Source of the DNA: a bacterium
GTDB lineage: Bacteria > Electryoneota > Electryoneia > Electryoneales > Electryoneaceae
Length of the DNA stretch: 64,000 nt
Assembly (NCBI GenBank): GCA_043801585.1
Contig: JAZDLX010000007.1
Span: 96,108 to 160,107 of the forward strand
Direction of reading: 5' to 3'
Below are positions 10,446-20,709 of this stretch, piece by piece. The position numbers and the translations under genes were made by a program. The notes under the pieces are model-generated. The model made no database searches and was not told the origin of the DNA. It saw nothing but the letters and a program-made list of their open reading frames with translations. Position 1 is the first letter of the stretch, and every line of letters begins with the position of its first letter.

Positions 10446-10728
10446 AGCTGGAGTCCCGGAAGAGTTCGATTCGCTTAACAATTCTTGCGCAGGGTGAAGA
10501 CCCGGGCTATATTTCCCTGTGCCATCAGGTTGTGATGCCCGGGTAATCGGCCCCCCACGGTTGCACGCAGGTATTGCACGCTATGATGGCACATCGGACC
10601 GCCTGGGGAGCGTTCTTCCTCGGGCGGTTTGGTGTCAAGCCTTTTCATCCCCGATGAACCGACCATTCCAGATTCATTCCACTCGCACCGATGACGGCTG
10701 CTGACAAGTCGGTTCGCTGTCCCGTCAT

Positions 10729-13700
10729 CTACGCTTTCATTTCTTTCTTTCCCGCTATCCTTGTGAAGAAGGCATCGAACAGGGTATAGATCGCGGGAAC
10801 GACCAGCAGTGTAAGCAGGGTCGAGGAGGCTAATCCGCCGATGACTACAGCGGAGAGCGGCACCAGTGTTTCGCCACCTGTTCCGAGGCCGAGAGCGATA
10901 AACATCATTCCCGCCATCGTCGTCAGGGTCGTCATCAGAATGGGGCGCAGTCGGCGCTGACCGGCCTGTATGATCGCTTCGAGTCGCGGCATGTTATCTT
11001 CCCGTCGTCCGCGATTGATGAAATCGATCAGGAGGATGCCGTTGTTGACGACGATACCGGAGAGCATGATGATCCCCAGGAAGCTGTTGACATTCAATGC
11101 ACCTTTGAACAGAATCAGGCCGAGGACGGCGCCGATCAACGCGAGCGGGATGGCGGTGCTGATGACAATGGGTTGCCAGAAACTGTTGAACTGGCTTGCC
11201 ATCACCACGTAGACGAGAAAGATCGCCAGCACCAGCGCGATCGCGAGAGACTGGAACGATTCGACGATCGATCGCGACGCACCAGCCTGCTTCCAGCGGT
11301 AATCCGCTGGCAACGTGATGTGCTGCTGGACGCGAGCCGCAATCGCCCGCACATCCCGCTGACGGTATCCGGGCGCGGCATCACCGGTGACGGCAAGGAA
11401 CCGTTCCTGGTCGCTTCGGCGAATTTCCGATGGACCTGGTTTCATCCTGAAATCCGCAACTGCTCGCAACGGGATGACCGTACCCAACGGCGTCTGCAGC
11501 GAAAGCTCCCGCAGATCGGGGAGACTTCGCACCGCTGAGCGGTCCAGCGAAACCTCGACGTCGTACTGGTTTCCGTCAGCGGTGCTGAATTTCGTCACGG
11601 CAACGCCGTCCACCGCAGTGCGCACCAGCGATGCAACTCTGGCGGTCGAAAATCCCCAGTGCGCCGCTTTCTGCCTGTCAACGACAACCTGCACTTCCGG
11701 TTTTCCGGCGTCCAGATTGCTTGTCAGGTTGATGATGCTCGGATAAGCCCGAAGGCTGTCCTGAATCTCCTCGCTGATCGTGGCCAGGGTGTCCAGGTTT
11801 GGCCCGACAACGCGGACGTCGATGCCGGAGGATCCCATGCCCGCACCGATGTTCTGCACCTTCACGTCGATCTTCGCATCCGGATAACCCGTCAGGGCCT
11901 GGCGCATCTTTGCCATCACTGCGTCCAGATCACCTTTTGAGGGAGGAACGCGGCAATCAAACCAGGCAATGTTTGAAATCGGCTGGTTGTAGAACGCGGA
12001 CAATCCGACGACGCTGTAGACCTGGTAGATTTCCGGGATCTGCATCAGTTTCTCTTCCATGTCCGAGGCAATGCCCGAGGTCGCATCGAGGGAGGTGCCG
12101 ATCGGGAGTTTCAGGTTCACCCGTATTTGCCCCTCGTCGATACGTGGCAGCTCCTCGATGTCAAGCAGGCGAATTCCGGCGATGGGGATGACCAACAGCG
12201 AAAAGGCGGCGATCATCGTCAGCAACGCACGCTTCCAGTTGCTGCTCAGGGCGGTGATTACGGGGCGGTAGATTTTCGCAATCCAGTCGATCATTTTCTG
12301 CCACTGACGCGGGAGCAGGTGGCTGCCGCCATCCACCTTGAGCACTCTCAGGCTAAGTGTGGGAATCACGGTGAATGAAACGATCAGGCTGAAGATCAGC
12401 GCTGCGACCACAGTCAACGACAGTTCGCCGAGCAGGAAGTAGCTGAGGCCCTTGGTAAATGCCAACGGAAGGAAGACCACCACGCTCGTTGCTATGGAAG
12501 CGGTGATCGGAAGGGCGACCTCGCTGACGGCGTTGTCGAAAAGATCGGTTTTCGCTTCCAGTGTCATCGAGGAGACGCCGTTCAACCTGCGTTGTCGGTA
12601 GAACAGGTTCTCCAGCACAACAATGCTCGAATCCACGATCATTCCGACACCGAGCGCCAGCCCACCGAGCGAGATGGTGTTCAAACTGATTCCGAGGGCA
12701 CCCATGACGAGGAACGTCGCCAGGATGGACACGGGAATCGAGATCACAATGATGAACGTGTTGCGGATACTGCCCAGGAAGAGGTAGATGAACAGGGATG
12801 CAACGAGTGCTCCGAAGAGAACGTTGGTCGACACGGAACGGATGGTCGAGCGGATGAACGCACTGTCATCCTTGATGACGCGGAACTCGAGATCAGGCCA
12901 ACTCCGCCGGATACCCTCCATCTCCGAATTCACTTCGTCAACCATGGCTACCGTGTTGCCATCGGTCGTCTGACGCACGGACAGGGCGAGTGATTCCTGA
13001 CCGTCGATGTAGGCAATCCCCACCCTGTCATCGTCCGTGAACCGCACTGTGGCGATATCCCCGAGCAGAATCGGGGTCTGCCCACGCAGGTTGATGACAA
13101 CGCTCCGAATATCGTCAAGAGACTGGAATTTGTTGAAGCTTCGGACAATGAACTGCCGACTGCCCTGTGTCAGCTCTCCCGCGGGAATATTGAGGTTTTC
13201 CGACCCAAGCACCTGGGTGAGCTGGTCCAGAGTGATCCCCAGGTTCAGCATTTTCTCGGGATTCGCTTCGACACGGACAACCTTGTCCCCGCCGCCACGG
13301 ATATCGATAGCGGCAACGTTCGGGAGGCGCAGCAGCCGGTTGACAATGCGATCCTCCAGGATGCGGCGCAGCTCACCCTCGTCGTACCGTTTGGAGGTGA
13401 CTGCGAGTTCCAACGGTGCTGGAATCAGCGCATCCAGTGCAAGGACGGAGGTCGGTTGGATGTCACGGGGCAACTCACCGCGAGCACCGTCCAGTTTTTC
13501 CCGCAGGTCAATCTTGGCGCGGTTGACATCGGTTCCCCAGTCGAAACGGACCGTAAGCTGGCTCATCCCCTCGATGGAGAGTGATTCGACCTCGTAGATG
13601 TTGCTGACCGTCGAGACAACCCGTTCGAGAGGTTTGGTCACCTCTTCCTCGATGTCTTCCGGAGAAACGCCGGGGTAGGGGGTCTGGACGATGAGGAATG

Positions 13701-13827
13701 GAGGAGTGATGTTCGGCCAGTAGGCGATCGGCAGGCCGCGCACCGTGATGATCCCGAGCACCGCCAATGCGGTCGCGAACAGCGCGGTGCCAACCGGGTT
13801 CTTCATGGACAACCTGGTGATCTTCAT
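10729..13827 (-). CDS. RND efflux transporter permease subunit (AcrB family)
   Basis: 1032 aa; YPGVSPEDIEEEVTKPLE, GMIVDSSIVVLEN, GIVVNNGILLID, RLRPILMT. Confidence 0.95.
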   Translation of the reverse strand: MKITRLSMKNPVGTALFATALAVLGIITVRGLPIAYWPNITPPFLIVQTPYPGVSPEDIEEEVTKPLERVVSTVSNIYEVESLSIEGMSQLTVRFDWGTDVNRAKIDLREKLDGARGELPRDIQPTSVLALDALIPAPLELAVTSKRYDEGELRRILEDRIVNRLLRLPNVAAIDIRGGGDKVVRVEANPEKMLNLGITLDQLTQVLGSENLNIPAGELTQGSRQFIVRSFNKFQSLDDIRSVVINLRGQTPILLGDIATVRFTDDDRVGIAYIDGQESLALSVRQTTDGNTVAMVDEVNSEMEGIRRSWPDLEFRVIKDDSAFIRSTIRSVSTNVLFGALVASLFIYLFLGSIRNTFIIVISIPVSILATFLVMGALGISLNTISLGGLALGVGMIVDSSIVVLENLFYRQRRLNGVSSMTLEAKTDLFDNAVSEVALPITASIATSVVVFLPLAFTKGLSYFLLGELSLTVVAALIFSLIVSFTVIPTLSLRVLKVDGGSHLLPRQWQKMIDWIAKIYRPVITALSSNWKRALLTMIAAFSLLVIPIAGIRLLDIEELPRIDEGQIRVNLKLPIGTSLDATSGIASDMEEKLMQIPEIYQVYSVVGLSAFYNQPISNIAWFDCRVPPSKGDLDAVMAKMRQALTGYPDAKIDVKVQNIGAGMGSSGIDVRVVGPNLDTLATISEEIQDSLRAYPSIINLTSNLDAGKPEVQVVVDRQKAAHWGFSTARVASLVRTAVDGVAVTKFSTADGNQYDVEVSLDRSAVRSLPDLRELSLQTPLGTVIPLRAVADFRMKPGPSEIRRSDQERFLAVTGDAAPGYRQRDVRAIAARVQQHITLPADYRWKQAGASRSIVESFQSLAIALVLAIFLVYVVMASQFNSFWQPIVISTAIPLALIGAVLGLILFKGALNVNSFLGIIMLSGIVVNNGILLIDFINRGRREDNMPRLEAIIQAGQRRLRPILMTTLTTMAGMMFIALGLGTGGETLVPLSAVVIGGLASSTLLTLLVVPAIYTLFDAFFTRIAGKKEMKA

Positions 13828-14693
13828 CGACGCAGATCCTCTCGAATGATCACCATCGCCCCATCCTCGAGTGAATTCTGACCGAAGGTGACGACCGCGT
13901 CTCCACCCTGAAGGTTTGCACCGCGTATCTCAAGACGGTCGCCGAGATCGGCGATTATCGTGACGGGCATCCAGCTGGCCTTTCCGGTCCGAACGACAAA
14001 CAGCCCTTTGATCCGTTTGCGTTCCACCACGGCATCACGGGGGACGGTCATCCCCTGATGCTGGTCGAGCAGCAGCTCCAGTTCACCCACACTGTTCGGA
14101 AGCAGCCTGTGGTCCGGATTGGGCAGTACCACCTCGCCGGGAACAACCTGTCTCTGTTCGTCGACGTAGGGAAGGATTTTTCGCAACCGAACGTTGTCGA
14201 AAAACTGGCCGTTCGTCAGCCTCAGAGTGCCGGTCAATCCGACGCGCAGACTGGGAAGGTCCACTTCGAGGATGTCCGCCCGAAAGACCATCGAATCGTC
14301 ATGGACGATTTCGAACAGCTTGGTTTGGGGTGTCACACGTGCGCCCGGCGAGATGTAGCGGTGGGTAATCGTGCCGGAAAGTGGCGAGTCAACTCGCTCC
14401 GGCTCATAATGGACTCCGGGATCGATACGTTTGACATGAATAAGGATTTGACCGCGACGGACGCGGTCTCCCTCGTCCACGGTGAGGTCAACGACATCCC
14501 CGCCGAAGGTGCTGAATACGTCAACATGTTCGGGTGCGACAATCCGTCCACGCACCGGGAGTGTCTGGCGCACTGTTTCCAGTTTCACCCTGTCGATATA
14601 AACCGGAATGGCGTCCCTTGGCGCGTCCTTTGCATAAACCATCGGCCAGAGGATGAACGAAACCACAACGGTCAGGAGCATACGTTTATTCAT
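13824..14693 (-). CDS. RND efflux periplasmic adaptor subunit
   Basis: Lipoyl-like halves VDEGDRVRRGQIL and SPLSGTI; overlaps flanking genes. Confidence 0.88.
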   Translation of the reverse strand: MNKRMLLTVVVSFILWPMVYAKDAPRDAIPVYIDRVKLETVRQTLPVRGRIVAPEHVDVFSTFGGDVVDLTVDEGDRVRRGQILIHVKRIDPGVHYEPERVDSPLSGTITHRYISPGARVTPQTKLFEIVHDDSMVFRADILEVDLPSLRVGLTGTLRLTNGQFFDNVRLRKILPYVDEQRQVVPGEVVLPNPDHRLLPNSVGELELLLDQHQGMTVPRDAVVERKRIKGLFVVRTGKASWMPVTIIADLGDRLEIRGANLQGGDAVVTFGQNSLEDGAMVIIREDLRR

Positions 14694-16005
14694 CGAATGC
14701 CTCGATGTATGGGAGATATTCCGCGTCGCGCATGGAGCACCATTTAACGACGGCGTCGAACCGGTAGCCCATCAGAGTCAGGCGGGTGCGGCGCAGTGTC
14801 CGTTGCGCCTCGATCAGATCCAAGCTCCCGATGCCACCGTTCTTGTAACGGTTCAGGGCGATCGTGTAGCTTGCGTTCGCCTGTTCAAACGACTTCCGGC
14901 CGATCTCGATCTGTTGCAGGGCTTCTGCGAGATCGAGCCGGGAATCGAGGATGGATTGTTCGATTTCCGCGTTTTTATCCTGCTCTTTGGCTTGCAGGGA
15001 CCTGCGGGAAATCGTGATCTCCTCCAGCTTCCGTTTTGTCAGCCATCCGTCGAAAAGAGGAATCGAGAGGGAGACGCCCAGTGACCAGGAATCCTGAAAC
15101 GCCTCGACATCCGGAAACTGTCCGTTACGAATCACCCAGGAAAAAAACGCGGAGGGCATCGGACGGAGCCAACCCGTTTTCGTGATCTTCTCCTGTTCGG
15201 TGTAAAGGTCAAAGGAACGGCGGAGCATCTTCAGCTCGAGATGCTGAAGAACCGCCGTGGACACTTCCGTTGTGTCCAAATCGCCTGGAGGAGATTCCGG
15301 AAGCGAGATGTCTGAATCGACGGGTGCGGTGAGCGGACGCCCAAGCAAACGGTTCAAAGCGACTTCCAGACGGTTCACCTGCTTGCGGCGGTTCACGATC
15401 TCGCTTTGAGCACCAGACAACTCGACTTCCATCCGCAGCACGTCGAAGTCGCTCGCGAAACCGCCTTTGTACTGGGCCTTGACCAAAGCGACCTGGTTAT
15501 CGAGCAGGGATGCATTCTCTTCGGCCCAGCGAAGCGCTTCTTTGGCGAGGGAGATGCCGAAATAGGATCTCGCAACCGCAAGAGTGACCGCTCGGCGAGC
15601 CTGCTCTTCCGCGTCCCGCGCGGTTTGGGCGTTCAACTCCGCGATGTGGACGGACGCTTGAGTGCGGCCCCAGGTGAAAAAGGGGTAATTGGCGCTGAGC
15701 TGGGTGTTGATCTGGTTATCGGTGCCGAATTTCAGCATTCTGCCGGATCCCAGATTCGCTTCCGGGATGTAGGAGGGTCTTGTGTACGATGCCGAAAGAG
15801 CGGCAGTCGGCAACAACCCTGAACGCGCCTGCTCAATCTGGATCTCGGCTTGGGAAACCGACTCTCGTGCAGCAAGAAGCGAAGGATTGGAGGACAACGC
15901 CTCCTCGACGAGCGAGGAAAGCGGTTCTCCCGCCCGGGCCATTATCGGGAGGACGATGGCGACCAGGAGAATAGCGGCCGTTCGCCATCGGAATGTCTGT
16001 TTCAT
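14686..16005 (-). CDS. TolC family outer membrane efflux protein
   Basis: Signal peptide; ALSSNPSL, LSIPLFDG, YKNG...LDLIEAQ. Confidence 0.9.
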   Translation of the reverse strand: MKQTFRWRTAAILLVAIVLPIMARAGEPLSSLVEEALSSNPSLLAARESVSQAEIQIEQARSGLLPTAALSASYTRPSYIPEANLGSGRMLKFGTDNQINTQLSANYPFFTWGRTQASVHIAELNAQTARDAEEQARRAVTLAVARSYFGISLAKEALRWAEENASLLDNQVALVKAQYKGGFASDFDVLRMEVELSGAQSEIVNRRKQVNRLEVALNRLLGRPLTAPVDSDISLPESPPGDLDTTEVSTAVLQHLELKMLRRSFDLYTEQEKITKTGWLRPMPSAFFSWVIRNGQFPDVEAFQDSWSLGVSLSIPLFDGWLTKRKLEEITISRRSLQAKEQDKNAEIEQSILDSRLDLAEALQQIEIGRKSFEQANASYTIALNRYKNGGIGSLDLIEAQRTLRRTRLTLMGYRFDAVVKWCSMRDAEYLPYIEAFDE

Positions 16006-16517
16006 GACGCTTCTCCCTGTCCGAGATCCTGGATCAATTGACCCATCATGAAGAGTGCACGGAGGAGAAGATCCCGCTGCTTTTGCGAAAGGTTCCTGAG
16101 AAGCCCCTGCATCGTTTCCCGAACGATCTCACGCCGTTGGGTCTGGTAGCTTCGACCGCGAGTTCCAAAGTCGAGCAACACCTCGCGGCGGTTCTTCGGA
16201 TTCTCTATACGGGTCAGGTAGCCCTCGCGCACCATTCGATCCACAAGCACAGATGTGGTGGATCGGGCGAGACCATGTTTATCCGCAAGCGCACGGAGGG
16301 TGATCTGGGGTGTTGACGAAAGTGTGTCGAGCACCTCGAGTTGCCGCAACGTGAGGTTGCCCAGTTCCGAACGGGCAGGAGCTAAATCGTGAAAAAACTT
16401 CCCAATAGCGAGAATTGCATCAGCGAGATGTTCGGAACTGAATTCGCCCTCGTGAAAGGACATCCCCTCTGCGGGAATTGACATCGGCTGTGGATGAAGA
16501 GGATCTGTTGTGTCCAT
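16002..16517 (-). CDS. MarR family transcriptional regulator heading the RND operon
   Basis: LTLRQLEVL...STTSVLVDRMVREGYLTR..NRREV; GGAG RBS before ATG 16517. Confidence 0.88.
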   Translation of the reverse strand: MDTTDPLHPQPMSIPAEGMSFHEGEFSSEHLADAILAIGKFFHDLAPARSELGNLTLRQLEVLDTLSSTPQITLRALADKHGLARSTTSVLVDRMVREGYLTRIENPKNRREVLLDFGTRGRSYQTQRREIVRETMQGLLRNLSQKQRDLLLRALFMMGQLIQDLGQGEAS

Positions 16518-16539
16518 CGCATCTCCAAACTGTTTCAAA

Positions 16540-16563
16540 ATACGAATAGTTCGTATAAACGAA
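16540..16563. promoter_or_regulatory. Putative MarR operator (overlapping palindromes)
   Basis: ATACGAA-tag-TTCGTAT (16540-16556) overlapping TTCGT-ataa-ACGAA (16550-16563), just upstream of marR. Confidence 0.55.
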
Positions 16564-16770
16564 TATAGCATTCAGGGTGAAGGAGATGCAAGAAGCTGTG
16601 AACAGGCTGGAGAACGTCAAAGATGCCGGGCATTTCACGGGTTCATGCCCTGTGGCCTCGTCGGTCCGAGTTTTCCATGACCCCGTCCCATCTGCCGGTT
16701 GACCGTGCCGCGTTGGAGCCTTGAAAGATGACACCTATCTTACGGACAAACAGAAACAACCCTTCCGGAG

Positions 16771-17292
16771 GTGGACGTGCGGCGGATCGCGGTGTTCGGT
16801 GGCGGAGACTGGGTGCGCGGAGGGGATGATTGGGCGCTCGGTTACGAGGTGGGCCGCCGGATTGCGTTCGCCGATGCGGAGTTGGTCACCGGAGGGTACG
16901 GTGGAGCAATGGAAGCTGCCAGCGAAGGGGCAGCGCAGGCGGACGGAAAGGTGCGTGGGATCGTTCACCTTCCACTCGGGCAAAAGCCACCGAATTCATT
17001 TGTCACAACGGTTGAACAGGCAGAAGATTATGCGGACCGCCTCGCCAGGTTGCTTCGAGTGCCGGAAGCAGTGGCGCTTCCGGGCCTGAGTGGAACGTTT
17101 GCGGAAATCGCCGCTTCATTTGCTCTGATGCAGAGAATTGAAGGACGCCGGCTTGCTCTTTGGGCGCCATGGTGGCGTTCGTTGCTTGGCGATGTGTTGA
17201 CGAGGATGTCCAGCGGGCATATGCCGGGTGTCGCCTGGCTGGATGATCTTGCAGGTGTGGAACGCTGGCTTTCCCGTTATCCTGTGGAATAA
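16771..17292 (+). CDS. LOG family / SLOG-fold nucleotide-binding protein
   Basis: IAVFGG, VTGGYGGAMEAASEGA, PGLSGTFAE (variant of PGGxGTxxE). Confidence 0.8.
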   Translation: MDVRRIAVFGGGDWVRGGDDWALGYEVGRRIAFADAELVTGGYGGAMEAASEGAAQADGKVRGIVHLPLGQKPPNSFVTTVEQAEDYADRLARLLRVPEAVALPGLSGTFAEIAASFALMQRIEGRRLALWAPWWRSLLGDVLTRMSSGHMPGVAWLDDLAGVERWLSRYPVE

Positions 17293-17335
17293 CCGGTCGG
17301 ATGGGATGATCTCAGGCGCTAAAGAACGGAAATCG

Positions 17336-18400
17336 ATGGCCGTGGAAAAGGCCGCACCGCGCTTTCGGCGGGTACGCTACGCGATCTACGCAGTAGCCTA
17401 TGCCTGCGCGCTCGCGGCTTTCATTTTTTGGTTGTACGTAAAGGGTGCACCTGCGCACCCGGACCGTAGCGGGACCGCGCGGATTGTCGTGTCGCAGGGG
17501 GCTTCCGCGTGGCGTGTGGGTTTTCTGCTCAGGGATGCGGGGTTGATCCGAAGCCCGCGGCGTTTCGCCTGGCATCTCAAGGTTCGAGGTGAATCCGAGA
17601 AGTTGAAGGCGGGTGTCTATGACATTCCGCGATCCGCTTCAATGAAGGAGATGGGGAGGAAGATTCTCAATGGCGAAGAAGTCATCGTCGAAATCACCTT
17701 CCCGGAAGGGTGGACCGCCGCCCAAATGGCCGGATTGCTGCAGAAAGAGGGAGTCGTCGATTCCACCTCCTTCATCCGGGCGATTCGTGACGAAAAACTG
17801 ATTCACAACCTGAGTCTTGACCTCACCACGCTGGAAGGATTCCTCTATCCTGAAACCTACATTTTTCGCCTTCGTCGTACGCCCCTGGACGTCATTAGTT
17901 CGATGGTGACGGTGTTCCGGGAGAGGGTTGGAGACGACTGGATGCGACGTGCCCAGCAGGATCCATTGGGATTGCAGGGCATCGTCACGTTGGCGAGCAT
18001 CGTCCAGGGGGAGTACCAAGTTGCTGGTGAAACCCCTGATATAGCCGCGCTTTACAGGAACCGTTTGAAGCAGGGGATGCTGCTGCAGGCGGACCCCACG
18101 GTCCAGTACATACTGCCCGAGGGACCGAGACGGTTGACCCTCAGGGATTTGAAAATCAAGAATCCCTACAACACTTATGTCTATTCGGGTTTGCCGCCGG
18201 GGCCGATCGACAATCCGGGGATCGATGCGTTGCGCGCGGCGCTCGAACCACCCGACCGTCCCTGGCTCTACATGGTGGCTCGCGGGGATGGCCGACACAC
18301 ATTCACGACCACATTCGAAGACCACCTCCGGGCGAAAAAACGGCTTGACGCCATTCGCCGCCAGGAGGCTCGACGCAAACTTCAGGGAAGTAACTCCTAA
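17336..18400 (+). CDS. mltG: Endolytic transglycosylase MltG
   Basis: N-terminal TM; LKAGVY, TFPEG, LEGFLYPETY, LASIVQGE, LQADPT, NPYNTY..GLPPGPI. Confidence 0.93.
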   Translation: MAVEKAAPRFRRVRYAIYAVAYACALAAFIFWLYVKGAPAHPDRSGTARIVVSQGASAWRVGFLLRDAGLIRSPRRFAWHLKVRGESEKLKAGVYDIPRSASMKEMGRKILNGEEVIVEITFPEGWTAAQMAGLLQKEGVVDSTSFIRAIRDEKLIHNLSLDLTTLEGFLYPETYIFRLRRTPLDVISSMVTVFRERVGDDWMRRAQQDPLGLQGIVTLASIVQGEYQVAGETPDIAALYRNRLKQGMLLQADPTVQYILPEGPRRLTLRDLKIKNPYNTYVYSGLPPGPIDNPGIDALRAALEPPDRPWLYMVARGDGRHTFTTTFEDHLRAKKRLDAIRRQEARRKLQGSNS

Positions 18401-20709
18401 TGCAGATGCACGGCACCGATCCTCTGAAGGGTCTCAACGAGGCACAGCGACAGGCAGTGGAAGCAACCGAGGGGCCGGTACTCGTCCTCGCCGGAGCGGG
18501 GAGCGGTAAAACCCGTGTCCTCGCGCATCGCATTGCACATATCGTTCAGCAGGGCAAAGCGAAACCGTGGCAGGTACTCGCTGTCACCTTTACCAACAAA
18601 GCTGCCCAGGAATTAAGGGAACGGGTCGCACGGATCACACCGGGTGGTGATGAGGTCGCGGCGGGGACGTTCCACGCGACGATGCTCAGGGTGCTTCGCC
18701 GGGAGGCGGACGCCATCGGTTTTCCCAAGGATTTCACCATCTTCGACACGGACGACAGCCGCAGGTTGATCAAGATCATCCTCAACGAATATGGGGAAGA
18801 TCGGTTCCGCTCGCGCACGATCCACACGATCATCAGCCGGGCAAAGAACGACCTGATCGACCCGGATGCCTACGAGTCCACCGCCACGATGCCAATCGAA
18901 AAACTGGCGGCGAAGGTCTATCACGAATACCAGCGCCGGATCAAACTTCACGCGGCGATGGATTTTGACGACTTGCTGATCCGTCCGCTTGAGCTTTTCC
19001 GCAGCAACCCCACAGTCCTGCTGAAATGGTCGCAACGCTGGCGTTACCTGCATGTGGATGAATACCAGGACACGAATCTCGCACAATTTGAGCTGCTGAG
19101 AGTTCTCGCAGGACCGAAGCCCAACCTGTTCGCCGTGGGTGATGACGACCAGTCGATCTACGGGTGGCGCGGCGCCCGTGTCGAGAACATTTTCCGTTTT
19201 CGTGATGCTTTCCCCGGCTCACAGGTTTTCCGCCTGGAACAGAACTACCGCAGCACCCAGAAAATCCTTGACCTCGCTCACGCTGTCGTCTCAAGGAGCG
19301 TTCGCCGCGAGGAGAAAAAACTGTGGACGGAGAAACAGGGTGGATCGACCCCGAAAATCGTCGGAGTGCCCTCGGATCAGGACGAAGCCCGCGAAATCGC
19401 CGACCTGATTGGAAGGGAGGTCCTCGCCGGTAGTCGGGCGTTCAAGGATTTCGCCGTGCTCTACCGGACAAATGCTCAATCCCGCCTGTTGGAAGACGTT
19501 TTCCGGGGTCGGCGATACCCATTTCAGGTCGTCGGAGCGGTCAGTTTCTACGAGCGGAAAGAAGTTCGCGATGCGCTCGCCTATTTCAAGCTGTGCCTGA
19601 ATGAACGTGATGACCTGTCGTTACGAAGGATCATCTCGGAGCCGCCACGCGGCATCGGGGCGAACACTCTCGAGAAGTTGATCCATTGGGCAAAGGAGCA
19701 TGACGCACCTTTGATGAGAGCGCTGGCGGACGTCGGAAAGATCGACGGTGTTGCGAAACGTTCGGCTGCTGCGTGTGTGAAATTCTCGAAGCAGCTCGTG
19801 CAATGGAAGAGCGAGCTGGAAAATCTTCCGCTCGAACAGTGGGCTTCGCACGTGCTGGAGGAATCGGGATACCTGCCACGGCTGCGTGAGGAGAAGAGTT
19901 TTGAATCGCAGGGACGGATCGACAACCTCGAAGCATTCGTCGATTCATTGGCTGAGTTCGCATCGGATGGTGGATCTCTCGGCGAATACATCGAGCAGGC
20001 GGCATTGGCAACCGACCAGGACAAGTACGATCCGGGGTCGGACACGATCCGCCTGATGACGGTACACGCGGCAAAGGGGTTGGAATTTCCGGTTGTCATC
20101 GTCTCCGGGCTTGAGAGCACTCTGTTCCCGTTGGCGGGCGAAGACCGTGAGACCGACACGGACGAGGAGCGCAGGCTTTTTTATGTCGCCGTGACACGGG
20201 CGCGCGAAGACCTGGTTCTCACCTACGCGAATCTGCGACGGGTGTGGGGACAGATGGACACCCGTGAACCGAGTATCTTTCTTCGTGAGATTCCCGAAGA
20301 GGCAGTCAACTGGAAAACCCGTGGCGTAGCGATGCTTGATACATCGGTGGCGGGTTCACGCAGACGTTCCGGACGCAGTTCCGATGATCCGTCTTCCCGT
20401 TCGATTCACGGTGAAAGAAGTGGTGAGTACGATCCGTGGGCGGCTCGGCGAAAGAACCGTTCAGCGGTGGATGCGGAGGATGAGTCCGGATCGTCAACGA
20501 CCCGCTCGCCGGCTCCCATGCAGGATGAGGATGTTCCTGCCGTGCGCGTCGGAGACCTTGTAGAACATCCTACCTTTGGGCAGGGAATCGTTCTGGCAAC
20601 ATCGAAGTGGCGAAACGATATCAAAGTCCAAGTGGAATTCGAAGGGCGCGGTGTGATGTCGCTGATGCAGCGCATCGCCCGGCTCCACCCGGTGAGGGAT
20701 TTTCGATGA
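18400..20709 (+). CDS. pcrA: ATP-dependent DNA helicase PcrA/UvrD
   Basis: AGAGSGKT, TFTNKAA, DEYQD, VGDDDQSIY, LEQNYRS, HAAKGLEF, EERRLFYVAVTRA; C-terminal Tudor-like GDLVEHPTFGQG. Confidence 0.95.
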   Translation: MQMHGTDPLKGLNEAQRQAVEATEGPVLVLAGAGSGKTRVLAHRIAHIVQQGKAKPWQVLAVTFTNKAAQELRERVARITPGGDEVAAGTFHATMLRVLRREADAIGFPKDFTIFDTDDSRRLIKIILNEYGEDRFRSRTIHTIISRAKNDLIDPDAYESTATMPIEKLAAKVYHEYQRRIKLHAAMDFDDLLIRPLELFRSNPTVLLKWSQRWRYLHVDEYQDTNLAQFELLRVLAGPKPNLFAVGDDDQSIYGWRGARVENIFRFRDAFPGSQVFRLEQNYRSTQKILDLAHAVVSRSVRREEKKLWTEKQGGSTPKIVGVPSDQDEAREIADLIGREVLAGSRAFKDFAVLYRTNAQSRLLEDVFRGRRYPFQVVGAVSFYERKEVRDALAYFKLCLNERDDLSLRRIISEPPRGIGANTLEKLIHWAKEHDAPLMRALADVGKIDGVAKRSAAACVKFSKQLVQWKSELENLPLEQWASHVLEESGYLPRLREEKSFESQGRIDNLEAFVDSLAEFASDGGSLGEYIEQAALATDQDKYDPGSDTIRLMTVHAAKGLEFPVVIVSGLESTLFPLAGEDRETDTDEERRLFYVAVTRAREDLVLTYANLRRVWGQMDTREPSIFLREIPEEAVNWKTRGVAMLDTSVAGSRRRSGRSSDDPSSRSIHGERSGEYDPWAARRKNRSAVDAEDESGSSTTRSPAPMQDEDVPAVRVGDLVEHPTFGQGIVLATSKWRNDIKVQVEFEGRGVMSLMQRIARLHPVRDFR

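Noticed and set aside
10446..10728. Intergenic hairpin (CCCGGGC/GCCCGGG) as possible sRNA
   Set aside because: Short stem in GC-rich DNA; no promoter or family signature
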